From Bugula neritina (lineage: Eukaryota > Animalia > Bryozoa), in the NCBI GenBank assembly GCA_964035545.1, contig OZ037765.1:19096995-19160994 (forward strand): 64,000 nucleotides of DNA. The letters run 5' to 3'. The position numbers were made by a program, and so were the translations under genes. Each line of letters opens with the position of its first letter. Within the stretch, counting starts at the first letter, position 1. Below, one piece after another: positions 1 through 13,239 of the stretch. Below the pieces are notes generated by a model that was not told where the DNA came from, did not search any database, and worked only from the letters and a program-made list of their open reading frames with translations.

Positions 1-174
1 CATTGAAATTATTAAAACTGATAAACTTATTTTTTCAAATTACAAATTTACAATTTGGAGCTTACAACTTGCATATCATGAAGAGCAGCCTAATGGTGCA
101 TAAGAAAGCTATGCATATTTTTAAGGTAGTATATGATTTAGAAATTATGAAAATTTCTCACTTAATTTTATTAC

Positions 175-3100
175 CCTGTTTTGAAAAAGCCATCTTCTGT
201 AAAGGCAGCTTTGGTTTTTTCTGGTTCGTCTTTATAACACTTCAAAGTACTAAATGTTTTAACTTGTATCTCGCCATCTTTACCAACATCTACCAGTTCA
301 TTATTTTCATCTACCAGCCGCACCTGAAAAAATGTATTAATAATGATAATTCCAATCTCGCTACCCAAACAAGACAAAGTGGAGATAAGTGAGAAAAAAT
401 AACTCCAATATATTTTTCTTGTGACAACAAAGCAAAAAATGATGCATAGCTGCAAACGACAAGAAATAAGCAAAATTTTAGGATTTTAAACTTATTGTTT
501 GTAAAACTGAAGTTATCTCCCTATGTTACTGATAAGCAACTAGTTTATTAAATAAAATCATTGATGAACAAGTTCAAGTTGAACAAAAAATAAATGACAT
601 AAATTAGCAGAGCAAAATATCTACAAAAATAGAATAAAACTTTACTCTGCATCCAAGCTATTTCTATCTCAAGGTTCTTTCATTGAGAAGCTACAAACTA
701 TACTAACGGTTATGGCTGATGTATTTTTAAACAACAAAACTTGACTTTACAAAATTTTGCAGCCCAAGATAATACAAAAACAGTAGCTTTAAGGTGTAAC
801 CATACGTTAGAGAAAAAAATCATATAGTGCATTAACAAACCTCTGTGTTTAATTTAGTACATATCCTTGCATTCAGCATTAGTTCGAGATCAGATGGCTG
901 GTCACCCAGAGGTGTATATCCAATAAATGATAGCTCAGACATGCCATATGATGTCTGAAGAAAATTCACAAAAAAATTAATAGTTTTAAACATTATACTT
1001 GCATATCATAAGTTTCATAGAATAAAATACTGTGTATGTAAAACTCCTCAACAGTCTAGAACCCTGTTAATTGCAAAATGTGTTATAGATTTATAGTTTA
1101 ATATCATTAATTAAATTTCTTGTCTATACCATGCTTACAAAAGGTCAAAAGATAGGGCTCATGTCAAAGTCCATACATCTTATATCTTATAGGTGGTGCA
1201 AACAGAGGCACATGGTTACAAGTTCTTCAGTGTCATTGTAGAAACTTACCAATGCTACTTTTAGTTTGACCCAGAAGCGCCCCTTTTAACTAAGAATCTT
1301 AGCAAATTAGCTAATTTTACAAAAAGCAATGAGTTCCTGCAATAATTTTAGCTAAGAATTCTTAAAAGAGCAAAACTATTCATCCATGTAATCCAATTAA
1401 TGAGCCTTGAGAAAGCATAAACAATTGTTGGTTTAAACATAACTCGTTTAGTGTATGGTTGTGACTTGCAATAGGTGAAGGGCATAATAAAATAGAATAT
1501 CTATATTAATTTAAATTAAGCCCTAAGATTATTTTCATAAGATAAAAAAATAAATGTGAGACTCATTGACATTTCATATACTCACAAATGGAATGGCAAC
1601 TTGGAACAGTTTTTTCATGTTTTCTTTGTATTCCCTAGAAATGAGTTGGCCGCCGAACAAGGCCAGTTTTAAGGGAGGAGACTGTATTTGCTGCTGCTTT
1701 AAAGAGGCAGCAACTAGCTGTTGCATTCCAGAAGGAAGAATTAAATAATCAATTCTAAAACACATGGAAAAAACTAAATTTTGCCTCTCAATTGATACAA
1801 ATTTTTGATACAACAAAACATTCTGTTAAGCTGACATTAAATTTACATGTATATTGATTTTATTAAACTGATTTCAGTTAAATCAAGCAAAAGAAGTGTT
1901 GACAAAAAATACAACATGCTAAATTTTTGAACTCAAACATCACACTCACTTTTAATTGGTACAACTATGAAAGGTCAAAATACACCCAGATTTTTACCAA
2001 AGCTTTTTGAAATGATTGCTTCAATGCTTTAACGCAACATGTTTATGTATAGCAAAATTTTAAACTGAAATGTGACTCATGTGTACCTTTCAGAAGCAAG
2101 GCTAGCCCCGCAACAGTTCCCGAATTTCTCTAAAACAGATGCTTCATCAAAAAGGTCTGGCGAGTACACAACTTTATTAAAACTTCCTGCAAGAAGTAAC
2201 GACAGACAGCAGTAGCCTATCAGGTCATCTACATTACAATTCACAGCTAGCATAACCTGCAAAAAGATAGTTTTAAACAAAATTAGAAAAACAATAAGCA
2301 CAAATTACTATTAATATGCATTTTAGCCACTGAGATGCAAGTTGGAAATTTTTGAAGAACATAACTTTTTTTTGGCAATGGTTCTTGGCTAAAGTAGAAT
2401 GTGCAGGTTTTTGCAAATATTTCTATTACTGCATGCATGGCATCAGGTAAAATATGTGGTCAAAACTTTTTCTACACTACCCTGAAGCTATGCTGGTGTC
2501 ATAACTTGAGCAAAAATATCTTTAGACCTAAAAACTTTTTACGTATGTGTTATCAATAATAACCTGTAAGAAAACTTACCCCCATGTCTTTTTCAGCAGA
2601 AGCTAAAAGCAACTCATTGGCCATTCCATTGTGTGAGTGAACAATGCATTTAGGTTTCCCAGTGCTGCCCTGCAAATATTAATCAGCCAATCACTATAGC
2701 CATTTTACTACAACTAGAATAGTCCCTCAATAAGAAAGAAATTTAAATACCTGTTATGGAAACAATGCGATACCTTACTTTTATTTTATATAAGGTTATA
2801 TTATTAGAAAATCTCTTTTGAGAAACAATTTTTATCCTTTTTAAATACCAACGATAATAGATTTTTAATTTTTCATTTTCCTATGCAATATTGAATTAAT
2901 ACATATCCTGCAAGCAGATTGATATTTAAGTGTAATGTTATATTGTTTTTATATGACACACCGAAGAAAAGAAGTGATGCAAAACATATTCAGGTTTCAC
3001 ACTCTGTCTAGCTTCTTCTAGTTGTTGATCAGATATTGACTCTCCATATTGTCTGAGTTTATCCAAGTTGTTAAGAAATTTCTGAGTTGGAGATCTGTCT

Positions 3101-4774
3101 TTGTATGAGTTGTCATAGAATACGTGCTTCACGTGAGGCAACCTGCAAAAAATATATCTAAAAAGATCAACATTTTAGTAGCAGAAAAAATAACTATATC
3201 AGATTTGACTTTAAAACAATTGAAAAGACTATTTATATGTTGCTTTTATTTGTAGCTGTTTCTATGCAACTTATACCCCTAAAGTATGATACTTACACAC
3301 TAGAACTGGCTGCTTCTAAACTCCCATCAAACAGACTTAATAGTGCAGTGAATACAGTTCCTTCAGACCCCTCACCAGCGACTAGAACTTTGGACTCTAA
3401 GATTGGAAGAACTTTAGATATGGCAAATGTTACTGGACTGTATATGTAAGGATGCTACAATCAGAGAGTATAAGAGGTTATATGTAGGATTTTGAATTTA
3501 TACTACTATAATAACCACGTTATGAAATTATACTGTTTTATGTAATGATATATAAGTTGATTAGCAAAAAGATTTTGGATTAGATTTTAAATTATGATAT
3601 GGTGAATTTAGTTATTTTCTTAGTTTGGTGAACTGAATCTTATATGTTGAAAGGTAGATCTATGTTGCCACATTTATTAGTAATGAGTGAGCTGTTAAAA
3701 CCTGACTCTAGAGAGCTGATTCCAAGATAGTCGTTTGCATGATCAGAGTCAAAATATAGGCCATTTGAACTTTTGTACCCCCAGTTTATTTACAGTGATA
3801 AGCATGTTATTATATGCAGCTTAGCTTATCAGATGTTTTTAAACTTACAGCATATCCAATGCCAATAGATGTAGCAGCTGTAAACAGACAAGCAGCTTCT
3901 AGAGTTGGAACTCCAACTACTGTGAGAGTATCTTTTCCAGGAGTAAGTCCTAAGGCTAACAAACCTTTAGCATACTCATCAGCCTAAATAAGATTACATC
4001 ATCTATATTTACTAGTATTGCCATCAAAAGTTCAAATTAAACAACTTGACTCAGGAGAGTTTGACTGTTTGTTCTAATTCATTTAGGAGCAGTGCAGAAA
4101 TTGAAATAGTCTGAGTTCTTCAACTACTTTATAAACTTAGGTTTGGGGCACGGGTTGAAATTCTCTCTCGAACATAACTTATTTTAGTAAATTTATACTC
4201 TAGAACACAGGATTTTCTCAATTTCTCCGTAACTGCACCTATCTTCTCTTATTTTAGAAATTGGCACAATTTCATCAGCATTACAATAAATCATTCACAA
4301 TAGAGAGCTATATTTAAAGTACGTAGACTGCTAATTCATGGTTGTATAACTATTACTTATTATACAGATGCATAATAATTTTACACAGGTTAATGACTTC
4401 TATGTATAACATAAATGTTTAATAATAGATTGAACATGTCAATAACAAAATGCAGAAAAAAAGCAAGTTGGATAATTGATGCTGGCTGAATTTAATGTCA
4501 GAATAAAGTGAAAACCACTCAAGCTTTAATTACTTGTTGTACTATAAGCAGTTCAATGCCCCCACATCAGTAACATTCTGTACCAGTAGATTTACTGTAC
4601 CTTATCATAGACTTGACTAGCAGTCATTCTCTCCATAGTCTCTAAGTTAACCAACTCTCCATTATTTCCTTCCTTTCTGGCTTTCTCAAACAGTTGGTAA
4701 AGTACCAGATCCTCTTGTACTGGATGTTTAGGATCATGTGTGTTGACATAACTCTTAGTCAGGGGCTCAGACAT
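175..4774 (-). CDS. ANL-superfamily AMP-binding enzyme (acyl-CoA synthetase/adenylation-domain-like), paralogue 1; 3' exons lie beyond the window start
   Basis: Exons with GT-AG boundaries and consistent phases: 4774-4601, 3983-3849, 3454-3297, 3142-2962, 2669-2580, 2256-2087, 1754-1586, 954-841, 323-175. Motifs: FFSS|GSTGKPKCIVHSH (P-loop/A3), FGGQ, SYGMSE (A5), GEIQVK, FTEDGFFKTG (A7). Exon sizes match the other two paralogues, with only small in-frame differences. Confidence 0.93.
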
Positions 4775-4879
4775 GCTGTATACAAAATACTGCTAAAAGG
4801 TATAGAAATCATAATTAGGCATAAATCATATTTACTATAACTCTTTTGATTAGTGAGATAGTGTTTACTTTGGTAATGT

Positions 4880-5240
4880 AGTATATAGGGATTGTACAGG
4901 TTATAGTAGCAACATAGTATAGACTATAAATAGTTATAGTAATACATATAGTACAATTTACATAGACAATAGTGACATAGTAGAGACAGCGGTAATATAG
5001 CATATACATACTATAAACAGTATATTAATGTATTGTAAACACTATAGTAATGTAGTATACACAGTAGAAATATAGTATAGGCAGTCGTAATAGAGTATAT
5101 TACAGTAGTAATAGAGTTTATTACAGTAATAATAGAGTTTATTACAGTAATAATCGAGTATATTACAGCAGTAATATATTATATACAATAATAATATACT
5201 ATAGACAGGAGTTAAATATAGTAGAGACAGTGTAGACTAG
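4880..5240. repeat. Degenerate ~21-bp minisatellite (TAATAGAGTWTATTACAGTAR-like)
   Basis: Clear tandem units at about 5088-5180 (taatagagtatattacagtag / taatagagtttattacagtaa ...), decaying on both sides. Boundaries are approximate. Confidence 0.7.
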
Positions 5241-8200
5241 TAAAATTTAGTAACTTTGCTCTCACTTTTAGGTAAATTAGCTGAGAAAAGGATCATTTCT
5301 TACATCTATGTTTAACACATTTTTGCTGGTATATAATATATTAAGCTCACAGACCACAGTTGTTTGAAACATTTTTACTTTCCTTAGTCTTACTACTGAT
5401 ACTTGGTAAATAAATAATTATTATAAAAGTCACAATAATATTTATATAAGGCTAATGATAATATACTGGTTAACACTCACAACTTTCAAAACCCACACTG
5501 TTATAATAGTTAATGAGTGCAAGAAGGGGTTGTAAATTCATTTTTTTCTTGAATTAATTGTTGATGAAATATTGATAATACTAAGCTATACAGATAGAAA
5601 CATAATATATTTGTATACAATGATACATTCCTTGTACTGGTAATAGCACAATGCTTTTGGACAGGTATAATATTACTATAGATTCAAAAGTTTTGACTGT
5701 AATTTTGTAGCCTTTTGAAAACAAACAATTAACTAACAAAATTATTCTTTGAGATATTCTGACAAGTTTCTAATTAGATGCAAAAGTCAACTTCTTTAAT
5801 GGTGATATTTCTGATGCTTACCTTTCTACAAGCTCTACAAACAGATGCTGCAGTTCACCAGTTGTTTGGTATAATAGACTACTGTTTCTGCGCAGTTGTC
5901 TATCATCAAATTCTGCGTCGAATAAAAATCCTTCTTTCATATCAGACACACCTCATTGTCATATGCCATAATATCAGTTATCTAGTAGATTAGGGAAGCA
6001 TGCAAAGTGAATGCCTCACTTTCCTAGAATTCATTGTTGATTAAAATGATAAAGGGTGAATATTGTGGAAGTTAGGAAATCGTTGCATCAATAATTCATT
6101 ATAATATTTTATTTGTATAACAATATATACTAACTAGAAAAGAACTTTTTAACTTTAGTAAAAGCAATTGACTAAAAACTTCAAAATAATTTTGCAAATA
6201 TATGTTTTTTATAGTTAAAATTATTTATTTCTATCAATTTTTGCCTGTATATAATAATATTATTGTGAAAAAATCTACTGCATGATGTTTTAGGACATCA
6301 CAGATTTTGTTGTATCATAATATAAAAAGTTTGAGAGATGAAAAAACAAAGCCCTGATCAAGGTTATCATACTCTTTTAGTCAGAAAGCTCACACTTGAC
6401 CAAATCAATTTGTAGCAAGAGCTTTTTTAATAAACAGGTGTTTTCAAATATTTCAGTCACCAAGTAGTTAATCTAATTTTACTTTGACCAATCAAACTAA
6501 AACATAGATAAATGCTTTTTGTTTTCTGTGATGATTCAGTTTACATCTGATAGCCTTTTGTGCAACATAACTCTCTCTATTGGTAAAACTTGCTGATTAT
6601 TCAATGAAATAATTAACCGTTGTTATTTACTAAAGACTATCAAAAGAAACTGAATTGAAATTTTCGCGTCCTACTGCAGTTGATGCACAGTTAACAATAA
6701 AATAATATTATATATATACAACCACTAATAGTTTAACGCTAGTTATTGATGTGTTCCAGTTGTTGACACTTAAGACTTTATATTAATGAGTTAGTCATTC
6801 ATGAGCACTACTTCATTTTTAAGAATGAAACCATAGCTTACATGACCAAAAACTATTCAACCAGTTGAGACAACTGAGTGCAAACAGGTTTGCAACTGAT
6901 TGCAGTCAAATGAATTCTTTTATAATTGAGGCAGGTATAGGTATATTTTGTAGAAGAAGAAAGTTTGAAACTGTCAGCAATAATTATAAGCACCTCTTAC
7001 AAGTTATAACTTATAAACTATGACAGGAATGATTTCAATTTATAAAAAAAGCAAATTCAATTACTATAAATCCACCCTTGATTTTATTATTTCACATATA
7101 ATAACCAAGCAAATTGAATCAATTTAATTAAAATATTAAAATAAATTGATGGCTATTTTCATTTGGCAAATTGGTAAGCCCCGACTTGCATGCACCAGGT
7201 TATAACGATTTATAACTGTTCTTTTAATTTACACTGAGGTTCAAAACTCTGCAGTATATTTCTGCGTAAAATAATTGGCAAAATCCGGAAAATATCAAGT
7301 TGACTAAATTGACCAAAACTAGTACTGACCACGATTGCTTATGCCTTACGTAATGATTCATAGGAATGTTGCGTATAGTACTTGTAGGAAGAATGAAAGG
7401 GCTGCATGTTTATTCGGGGCAGCGTTTTATAATGAACAAACTGTTTACCTTAATGGGCATTCATTAGAGCGATAGAAACAATGTGATAGTAGATTAAAAG
7501 TTCTTCTCAAGAAAACTGATTAAACCATTATCAGTCCAAGTTGCTTCCTATAATTTTATATAATTATATATATTAAATATATTATTTGGTTTTCCAATGA
7601 TACTATTTAAGTACTCTGAAACCTTTTTCTTTCTGCTAAGCGTGTAGTGTACTCTGGAGAAGCAAGCTGTTCTTTTTATTGTCACAAAACTACAGCTTTA
7701 TTAGGCTTTACTAGACGTAAAGAATAAAGATAATAAGCACTTAAAAAAGGTAATAGCTAGGCATTAAAATACATACGCAGTTTGTACACTAGTTAACCAT
7801 GACAGACAATAGCCATTTGTTAGTGCAGTGAAATAGTCTTTCATTAATGCTGAATGGAGAATCTAAAGGCTAACTGACAACTAACTTAACAAACATATAA
7901 GAATGATTAAAAGAGAAGGTGATCAGATGAAAAGCAAGTTTTAAGTAACTTCTGTCATTAAATTAAAAAATTAAAGAGATAAATAAGAGCCTACAACATT
8001 ACATATGCCTAAGCAGTTTGGGTCACAAAAGTTGAAATATAAGTAACCTTATACAATTTAGCAGAACAGGCAATCGAAACATATCCAAGTGCTTTAAATT
8101 ATGCAAACATATTTTTCATTAAATGTTATCAGTACAAGGATGCTCATGCTGATTAATTTGATGCATATGAATTTAGTGAATAAAACAGATTAGTGTAATC

Positions 8201-11200
8201 TTCTAATGGTTGTACAATGCACTTGTTTTGATTGAGTAATCTAATAGCTGATTGATCTCATGTGATGTAACTGAAAGGTCACTCTCACTTAGATACAGAT
8301 CCCAAATAATAGGCTACTAGTAATCTAGCATAGTGTCAATAACTGATTGAAGGAAAACTTTCAATGCCATATGTTGTTTGTTGGATTAGAGTGAAAAATA
8401 ATACTATGCTATGAAAATTAATGCATATGTAACTGCAACTGAGCAGTGGCAGCTGTGTGGAAGGCTAACCAAGCTGGAAAAAGTAGAGCCCAGCCAAAAG
8501 TTTCATTAGTTTACCTTAAAATGCATAGAAAAGGTGATGCTTAGATAAACTTTTATATAACTATGTACATAAAGCCTTACCTATCCCAGCAGGTACACAG
8601 AGTAGCCCAAGTTAAATCATTAAATGAAGCTTTGAAAGCTGCAGAATCTTCAGCTGACATGATGAATGGAACTGAAGTATTCCATGTTTATTGACTGACA
8701 AATCTAATAATAATTGGTCTTTGTTAGGCTAAAGCAGGTACTGATTATGAACCTGCAGTTATTGTTGTATGCTGTGTATATCCTGATTTGTCCATTCAAT
8801 GGCATGATGCACAATGCATGCAGCTACTGTCAGAATACATACAGCAGCCCAGTTTTAATTTCAACTCTTAATAATTTCATTTGAGTACACTATGGAACGG
8901 GCCACATTTACACTGTTTCTAAGCTATAATTAAACTTTAGATTCATTATATGGTAGAACTTCTATTTCGACTTTGGCTTTCGCCATAAAAATAATAACAT
9001 GCAGTAACTGTATGAATAGTAAGTGTTATATATAAGGTAGGATAACTATCTACTCATTATCAACAGTTAATGCAGATTTTAGAATTTTTCAGAAGAAATT
9101 CGCAAATAAAAGACACCATAATTTATAGAACTGGGGATGATGTTAGACAATAAGAAGTTTGCAGCATGAATGGGTGTTACCAAGAGACTTGATAATTTCT
9201 TTCAGAAATTCAAGTTTGAAACTAGAAAAAATCTAAAATTTCAGGCTAAATAAAAATTCTCAAGACGTATGATTACATTATAGCAATGGACATATATTTC
9301 AAGTATTGTTTTCAACTAGCTAGCATTAACATTTATGTCAACACCTAGCAATCACTTTGAGCAGCAACTTATCATTGAAAATTGAGAATATTTAAAACTT
9401 TCAACATCCCTGTCAAAAAATAATCAAAGGACACTTTGGGACACATGATATCAAGAATGAAATCACTTGCTTTTTCAAAATATTATTTTTTCTCACTTTC
9501 TAACTCAAGGCGAAGAAAAGCACACATAGGCTTGAAGCAGACAAACAGCTTGCAGTTATACTCCATGGAAGTCAATTATTAAAACAAACAAAATTCAGGT
9601 ATTGGATTTTAATTGAAATAATATAAAATAGCTCAGCCGGCACTTACTTTTAGCTGCTGTAGGCTGAAGCTTGCTCCCCCCTCCAGCTTTTTATTGCTAG
9701 TAAACTGCAACCTTGTAAACTAGCCTCTATATTTTCTATTGTGTTAATCCAGTATCTACTTGTTAACGCTGTGATTGTCAACAATCATGTTGAACTACTA
9801 ATTAATAGATAATGTGTGCGCTCTGTGCAATGATTCACTTACCACAATTACATAAACGCGTGGGTAGCTGATGATTCAGCTTGTGACAGCTACGTCAATG
9901 CTGTATATAATGAATACAAGCATAATACATAGCAATTAACAAAAAAATATTACAATCAGTAAAATATAATTCAATTGCATTTAGAAACAGAATAAAAATG
10001 CAAAAAAATATTAATTTTTTAAAATGTGCAATGCAATTGAAGCAACAATGTTTTTATACGCTTGCATAGTATTACAGTTGGTTCAATCTAACAGTATAAT
10101 AGTTACAATTGCAATCAATAAATAGTTCCATATTTGGTACTTTATAAACATAGATTAAGACGACAGCTGGGCAAATGAAATTTGCTACTGTAAAGCAATA
10201 AACTGGTACAGAACCAACAGCTTACAATTACTCTTTTAATATCTACCAGGTACTAAACTAATGCCTGCAAAACAAAAAAAGAGTAGAACATTTAAGTTGA
10301 AGTTTTACTTACACAAGAGTAAGTGGAGTCCAATGTCTTAGATTAGTATATAAATACTATAGTGCAGTTATTCATAGGTGTTTACTGTGTAATGATATAT
10401 GGTAACATTTACTAGTATGTGCTGGTACTATGTGCTGGTACGCACGTAATTACATAGTAAAAATGACCTGATTGTTGCTATAAACTGCTAACTGAATGCT
10501 AATGACTTCAAGCATGTCATCATGAAATGGTTAGGCCTAATGGAGTAAAAATATTATAGGTCATCTGTGCAAATAATTACAACATTGTTGCTTACAAACT
10601 ACTTTAATCTCCCACAGTCGTGAGTGCTGATTGAGACTTTATATAACTGCACATTTTAGCACTTTACATAATTCCAACGGCAAAACCTAGTAAACTGCTT
10701 ATGAATAATTTGACAGTTATAGCTGCTGTTAGCAATAAATGTTTGCAATTTAGACTCAAATTTTTCTTAACATTTGTGTATTTTGCAACAGCTAGTTATC
10801 TAAAATGTTTACAGACCAGAGACATCAATTTCAACAAATTTTGATCTTTTGCATATCTACAAGAAAAGAAAAACAAATAAGCTCAAAAAGGAATTATGAA
10901 AACTAGCTTTAGCACAGTGTAGATCCGCCCTGTAAGAAGTTAATTTTGCACTGTGACTATAGTCTTGTTTCAGTTAAAACATCAAATTCATGTAGTTCAA
11001 CAACATAATTGTAAGCCAACCTTTATAGATAAAATGCAATACGTAGCAAATGATATATATGCATTTAAAGCAGAAAGATCTATAACTGAAATTTTTGTTG
11101 CGTGGTCATAATTTTTAAAGACCATAAACATTTAAAAAGGTACCTGAATCGCAATTAGTTTCAGGTTGCTATAAGCTTTACATAGGCATTTTATTTAGAC

Positions 11201-11355
11201 CCATAGCAATTATCTATACAATCTAAAAATCTGTCATAATTTATCTTTTGATATTAGATTGAGCAAATGGAGATGGAACAGGAGTAGAATCTCATACAGA
11301 AGTTATACATAAAAAGTTATGTTATATTAATTGTTTATTAATTGCTTTTATTTTG

Positions 11356-11397
11356 CACACACCTACACACGCACACACTCACACACACACACACACA
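11356..11397. repeat. Imperfect (CA)n microsatellite
   Basis: cacacacctacacacgcacacactcacacacacacacacac read directly. Confidence 0.8.
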
Positions 11398-13239
11398 AAC
11401 TATAAATTGTCACTCTAATCGTTTTAATAACATAAGAGTCTGCTTCCAGTTTTTAAACTTCCAGTTTTGAAATCCTTTTTATATAACGAGATGTTACAGC
11501 TGTCTTGCAAAGCTGTATCAAAAAGTTTTTATACACTTACGGACTGTAACAGAGTTACCTCAAATGCTGAGAGCAAGAACTCCAAGAAAAGTGCTAGATG
11601 TGACAACTCCAAAGTGAGTTGTATATTCACAGTGTGGATGTGGACTGAAAACCAGTTACTTACGTGATCATGTTTGTTGGTAGTTAACTGACATCTAATT
11701 TATCTTCAGGAGATAATATGTTTTAAGATCATAGCGTTTATTGTAACATAATATGCTCAGATATTGAACAGTTAGCATTGAGCTATGATATGGCTGTGTT
11801 TGTATATACGTTGTTATACTTTTGTTAGTACAATAATTATTATTTTACATATGGTACTGTAATATCCTTGAAAAAAATTATCAAAATATGTTTATTTGCG
11901 CAACAGTATTACTTTAGCTTGCCTGCTGTGTAGAACTAATAATAAATTAATATTTCATGGTATCATAAATCTAACTTTTCTTCTTTTTGCAAAATGCTGA
12001 AAAACAATAGGTATTGCAAAATGTAATAAAACTTTTGCAGTAAAATTGTAAGAAAGAAACATCTAAACTTTATGATTAACTATTATTTTTTTCAGTTCAA
12101 AGTTTTTGATGCATTATAGAGACTTGCGTTTAATTTTGGTCAAGAGTTATCTTCTCCTCGCATGCATCCAGTTTGCTAAGAACTATCCCAAAAAAAATAA
12201 TTTATAATTATGGCTAATAGCAACTCTATGGTTATAGAAATTGGGAGCTTAACGGTATAACATTATTTTTCTCTGCAGTAAAAATCAGCTCTTTATTCAT
12301 TTTTTTATTGGCAACAAAAGGTTATGAGTATACGTCGGGTTTTGTTTCTTCTGAGTTTTTGATCTTGACTAATTTAGCTTAGCTGTAAGAATTTATCAGC
12401 TTTTAATTTATTTTTACTTATTATTTATGCATCTATATACATTAAATTTTCAATATAAGTATTAATTGTTGTGATAATCCTATTATAATAAGTTAGCGAA
12501 AAATAATTAGCTACTTTTTAATAATTATATAAGTTGTTGGTTGGCAGATCTGTCAATATACGTACAGCTGGCAAGTCTGATTACTCACCTAATCTATTGT
12601 GACAGTAAGTTACTCTGATAGCGTAACGTAAGACATGTGTGGGTGTAGATAGAAAGGATACGTAACTATTTAGGTGGATACTTCGGTGTCAGTAAGTAAC
12701 ATATTAATAAATTATTGATAAATTGCTTTTATGTGACTTTTTTTGGCAGCTGACTATAAATAAAAGCATGAGAAGCCATTTTGAAATATATTTCCTATCG
12801 CAAATTTTGTTTACCTGTTTTAAGCTAGGGAATAGCAAATGGCTATTAACGAGATATACATAATGTTATATGAAACGATGACATATATTTGTAGCTCTGA
12901 CCAGTACATACCTCAAAACACAGCATATAGATTATAGCTAATATCTCTAGAATGTAGCTCAACTGCATTTAGCAACTGCATCCATGCTACCCATCAATAT
13001 TATCTAATTTTTCTACTTGGTAAACAACATGGGCTTTTGAATATAAAACTGTGTTAGAGTGTTACTATAGCTAGTCAATTTTCATATTTGTTTTGTAGCT
13101 TTTTGTATTTGCTTGGTATCTATTAACAGAGGAAGTTGACATTTCTTTTAAAAGACACGTATACTTTGACATCACCGGTCGTGCAGTCGGTATTAGACAT
13201 AGTGACTTAGATGCACTCTAACCTGCAGCTGTAGTAACC

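Noticed and set aside
4430-4600. Intronic snoRNA explaining intron 1 conservation between paralogues 1 and 2
   Set aside because: No convincing C/D or H/ACA boxes. Conservation is contiguous with exon 1, which fits gene conversion better.
5088-5180. CRISPR-like repeat array
   Set aside because: Head-to-tail minisatellite without unique spacers, in a eukaryotic context with no cas genes.
5822-5950. Upstream non-coding exon of paralogue 1 (AAAG|GTAAGC donor at ~5821; acceptor just before the ATG)
   Set aside because: Plausible, but supported only by splice-like motifs. It is not reported as a feature without transcript data.
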